Assembly: GCA_907165135.1 (NCBI GenBank)
Contig: OU015566.1
Location: 1,116,001 to 1,180,000, forward strand
Reading direction: 5' to 3'
Length of the DNA stretch: 64,000 nucleotides
DNA from: Oikopleura dioica
Taxonomy: Eukaryota; Animalia; Chordata
In this document: positions 61,152 to 64,000 of the stretch, in pieces
Position numbering within the stretch: position 1 is the first letter of the stretch
Layout of the letters: every line of letters begins with the position of its first letter
Made by a program: the position numbers and the translations under genes
The notes under the pieces: generated by a model
Seen by the model: the letters and a program-made list of their open reading frames with translations, nothing else
Databases searched by the model: none
What the model was told of the DNA's origin: nothing

Positions 61152-62019
61152 ATGAAGATTTCTCCTCTTTTTCTCGCATTTCTCGCCGTTTCAGAGGGCA
61201 AAAAAGGGAAGCACAAGAAAAAGAAGCATTCAACAGAGCAAGTTCATTTCGAAGCAAGGGAACCGTACGAGTGCGTCTGGGATGAACAAACTTGGAATGT
61301 AGAGGCATGTAAGATTGAGGAAGACGATCATCATGGCCACCAGAGAAACGAAGGGCATGGAGGAAGGGTTCTTTCTACAGACGAAATTATAGAGCTTGCT
61401 TTTTTTCAAATTTCAAGCGTCGAAAAAGAACCCTAATCGGAGGAGAGGAGCATCATGACTTGTGTCCCTCTCAGTTGATCAAGCTCAATCGACACCCAAA
61501 ATGCAGCAAAGACGAGGTTTTGTGGCATTTTTGTGCGCATAGCTGCAACTGTGATACAAGATTGGATACTTTTCCCCATGCGATGGTTAGGAAATTCGAG
61601 TGTGACAAGTTCAAGGATATTTTAGCTCAACCAGGTATTGCCGTTTTGAAAAGTTCTCTTCCCTGAAACAAGCCCCCTGAATAGAAAGGGGGCCGAACCC
61701 CCTTAAGTTCTGACGCCCACCCTTGCCTTTATTTTGACATTAACATGATGTCTCTTCAGGATATCCCGAAAACAACGAAATCCAAAAACCCGAACACATC
61801 GAATGCGACAATTATCCACACGGAATGTACGTCAACTGCCATTGCCAACCAGACGACAGCAAGGCAGCCATGCTTTCTCTCGTAATCATGGGCGCTGCTT
61901 TCTTGGCCTTCAAGCTCGGCGCTTTCTTCTGGGTCAAATACACCACCTACAAAAGGAGGAATAATGGAGAGAAGGCCGGAGACAACGAGGAAAAAAAGTC
62001 GCTGATCAATGGACATTAA
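61152..62019 (+). CDS. Orphan type I membrane protein, His/Cys-rich, three exons
   Basis: Signal MKISPLFLAFLAVSEG; KKGKHKKKKH; Cys-rich ectodomain; TM LSLVIMGAAFLAFKLGAFFWV followed by a basic stop-transfer segment. Confidence 0.62.
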
Positions 62020-62449
62020 TTTTAGATTTTTCTGCAGATTTTAATAAATTTGATTAAAATATTTATTAAAAATTTCTTGGGCGTTTTCCTATTTAAAAAT
62101 CATTCAAAAAATGAATCATTTTTTTTTGAACATCAAGTCTAATCTCCTTCTTTTTTAGCATTTATGTACATTGGCTGCCGAGCAATTCTCGTCTCATCCT
62201 TTTCCATCCACTTACTGCTTTTCATCGCTGCCGGCTTTTTGAACATCCTGATAGCATGTTCCGGAACTGGTGGCTTTATTTGCAAGTCGAATTGGATCAA
62301 GGGCTCAAGTCGAGCTTTTTGCATTTTGAATATTTTTTTACTTCTCTTGGTTTTGGTCAGAGAAGTGCGTTTTTCAAAATGCAATTCGATAAAAAGCAGA
62401 TGTGACGTTTGTCTAGGAGACGCTCTAAATAAAAAGAGGCTTTTTTTAT

Positions 62450-62590
62450 GGGAAAAAAATTTCGACAACTTTTGCGTGGGCAGCAACTCGGCTGCTCATT
62501 GGCTGGTTTGCCGAATCAAGGCTTCTGATTGGATGAAAATTTCCACGCAAAATTTGTCGAAATTTTTTGTCGATACCAGACACCTCCCCT
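62450..62590. mobile_element. CCAAT-MITE family copy
   Basis: aaaaatttcgacaac..gccgaatcaaggcttctgattgg..ttgtcgaaattttttgtcgataccagacacctcc. Confidence 0.6.
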
Positions 62591-62651
62591 TTTTTATTCG
62601 AAATTTTTTGAGCGCTAGAAAGATCCGCTTACTCCTTACGAAATATCCGTT

Positions 62652-63089
62652 ATGTGGGACTCAGAATGCGATTCAGAAAGCTGCAAAATCGAAGGAGAAA
62701 AATTTTGGGACGGTTTGAGCGAAATTAAAAGGCTAGAAACAACCATCGCACACAGGTCAAAATTTTGGCCAGAAACATGCGAAGATTTGCAACCAGAAGA
62801 CTGTCAAAAAGAATGCAAAGATCAAGGTAAGGAATGCCGCTCGCCAAAGGTTCATTTTTTCGAAGGGGTTGGGGATATAATCGTCGAGATTTTCCCGCCA
62901 ACCTGCGAGGAAACCTGCGGAAGCATGGAAAGAAACGAGCAGGCTGCTTCGATAACGGAAAAATTTATTTGGATGCTGGTCCTTGCCGAGCTTTTGATCT
63001 TGATCATTTGGTCGATCGATGTTCTTGTCGATGACGAGAAAAAAGACGTAAGTGAATTTGGAAGTTTTGAGTCAAAACTTTTGACCTGA
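62652..63089 (+). CDS. Cys-rich exon with C-terminal hydrophobic segment (fragment of an unknown membrane protein)
   Basis: ORF with eight Cys and FIWMLVLAELLILIIWSI; upstream exons not resolved. Confidence 0.35.
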   Translation: MWDSECDSESCKIEGEKFWDGLSEIKRLETTIAHRSKFWPETCEDLQPEDCQKECKDQGKECRSPKVHFFEGVGDIIVEIFPPTCEETCGSMERNEQAASITEKFIWMLVLAELLILIIWSIDVLVDDEKKDVSEFGSFESKLLT

Positions 63090-63259
63090 TTGTTTGATTT
63101 TTAGCCGTATCAAGCAGCGCAGTCAGTTTTGTTTCAACATGGGCTGGCGAGAAATATGGACAGATCTTATCAATTTTCACGCTGAAAATAAAATAAATAC
63201 ACAATAAAAAATTATATAATTATTCTGCAAACGATTCTCAAGGTCAAGCATATTCATAG

Positions 63260-63724
63260 CAGGGTTCTAAATCTGAGCTGAAAATCAGAAGTCGAATCGA
63301 GTCGAAAGCGTTTTTGAAAATCGCTAATCGAGTCGAGTCGACTTATTAGTCGAAAAGTCAAAAAACTTGTAAAATATATAAATTTAGTCGAAAAAGTCGA
63401 GATTTAGTCGAAAAATCAAAATAAAGTTGGAAGTCGAAAGAGAAGTCGAAAAGTCGAAAGCAAAAAAGTGATTCTTTTCGACTTTTTCGAATAAATTTAC
63501 AATTTTTTCGACTAGATTTTCCGACAATCCGACATTTTCTGCAATTTTGTTGACGACTTTTTTTGACTAGTCGACAATCTAGTTCCCTCATAGGGTCAAG
63601 TCCAATCGATCCGAGTCGACTTGTTTCCACGATCAGTATAGTCAAGTCGAGCTAGTCGTTTCGATTCAGACTCGACTCGACTTCGACTTTAGTCGAAACT
63701 CGACTAGTCGATTTGGAACCACTG
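63260..63724. mobile_element. Degenerate hAT-like MITE with agtcg/cgact arrays
   Basis: Left end cagggttctaaat (same as the 55756 element); right end atttggaaccactg; TSD not conserved. Confidence 0.6.
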
Positions 63725-64000
63725 GCAAATATTCGCCGAATATCCAGAAAGCGTTATCATCGTAAAAAATCAAGTTTTGAATTCTCAATCGCCCTTCTAA
63801 GAAACCACCAAAATCAAAACAAACAGTTGTCAGTGCTCCTTCTTCTACTCCGCCCAGATTTTCGACATTTATCCATCAACAGAGATGAAGGTCAAGAATT
63901 TATCAATTTTTATTTCTAGCGTTTTCGCGGGTAAAAGCTCGGAACGAGCGAGTGGATTGCTGAAAGAGTTTACTCAAAATTGTGATGGCTTTGATCCAGC

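Noticed and set aside
1-64000. Autonomous transposase, reverse transcriptase or viral genes
   Set aside because: No ORF shows DDE, RT, Rep/helicase or capsid motifs that I can recognise

Overview
Eukaryotic genomic DNA with a gene-dense, short-intron architecture (many introns of about 40-70 bp, several apparently GA-AG). This suggests the larvacean tunicate Oikopleura, probably O. dioica (inference). Recognisable spliced genes, in order: coiled-coil/RING protein, retinoblastoma-like RBL, CSDE1/Unr, an LXR-like NR1H receptor, a second divergent nuclear receptor, SMOC, a cbEGF-ZP matrix protein, MFSD11, a tetraspanin, a secreted kelch-like protein, a Cys-loop channel, TIMELESS, and a kinase fused to a putative papain-like domain. 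There is also one tRNA-Trp and several orphan genes. Roughly 15 kb (my estimate) consists of non-autonomous DNA transposons, foldbacks and minisatellites, and I found no transposase in the window. The main signal is that four TIR elements sit inside coding exons (RBL, tetraspanin, and the kinase twice). At least one is removable as a perfect GC-AG intron using splice sites created by its own 8-bp target-site duplication, which looks like intron birth in progress. Three different hAT-type elements carry the same hairpin minisatellite cassette. A 2.9-kb nested palindrome next to the nuclear receptor genes holds arrays of DR4 motifs. Exon boundaries were read by eye, and gene ends marked uncertain should be treated as approximate.
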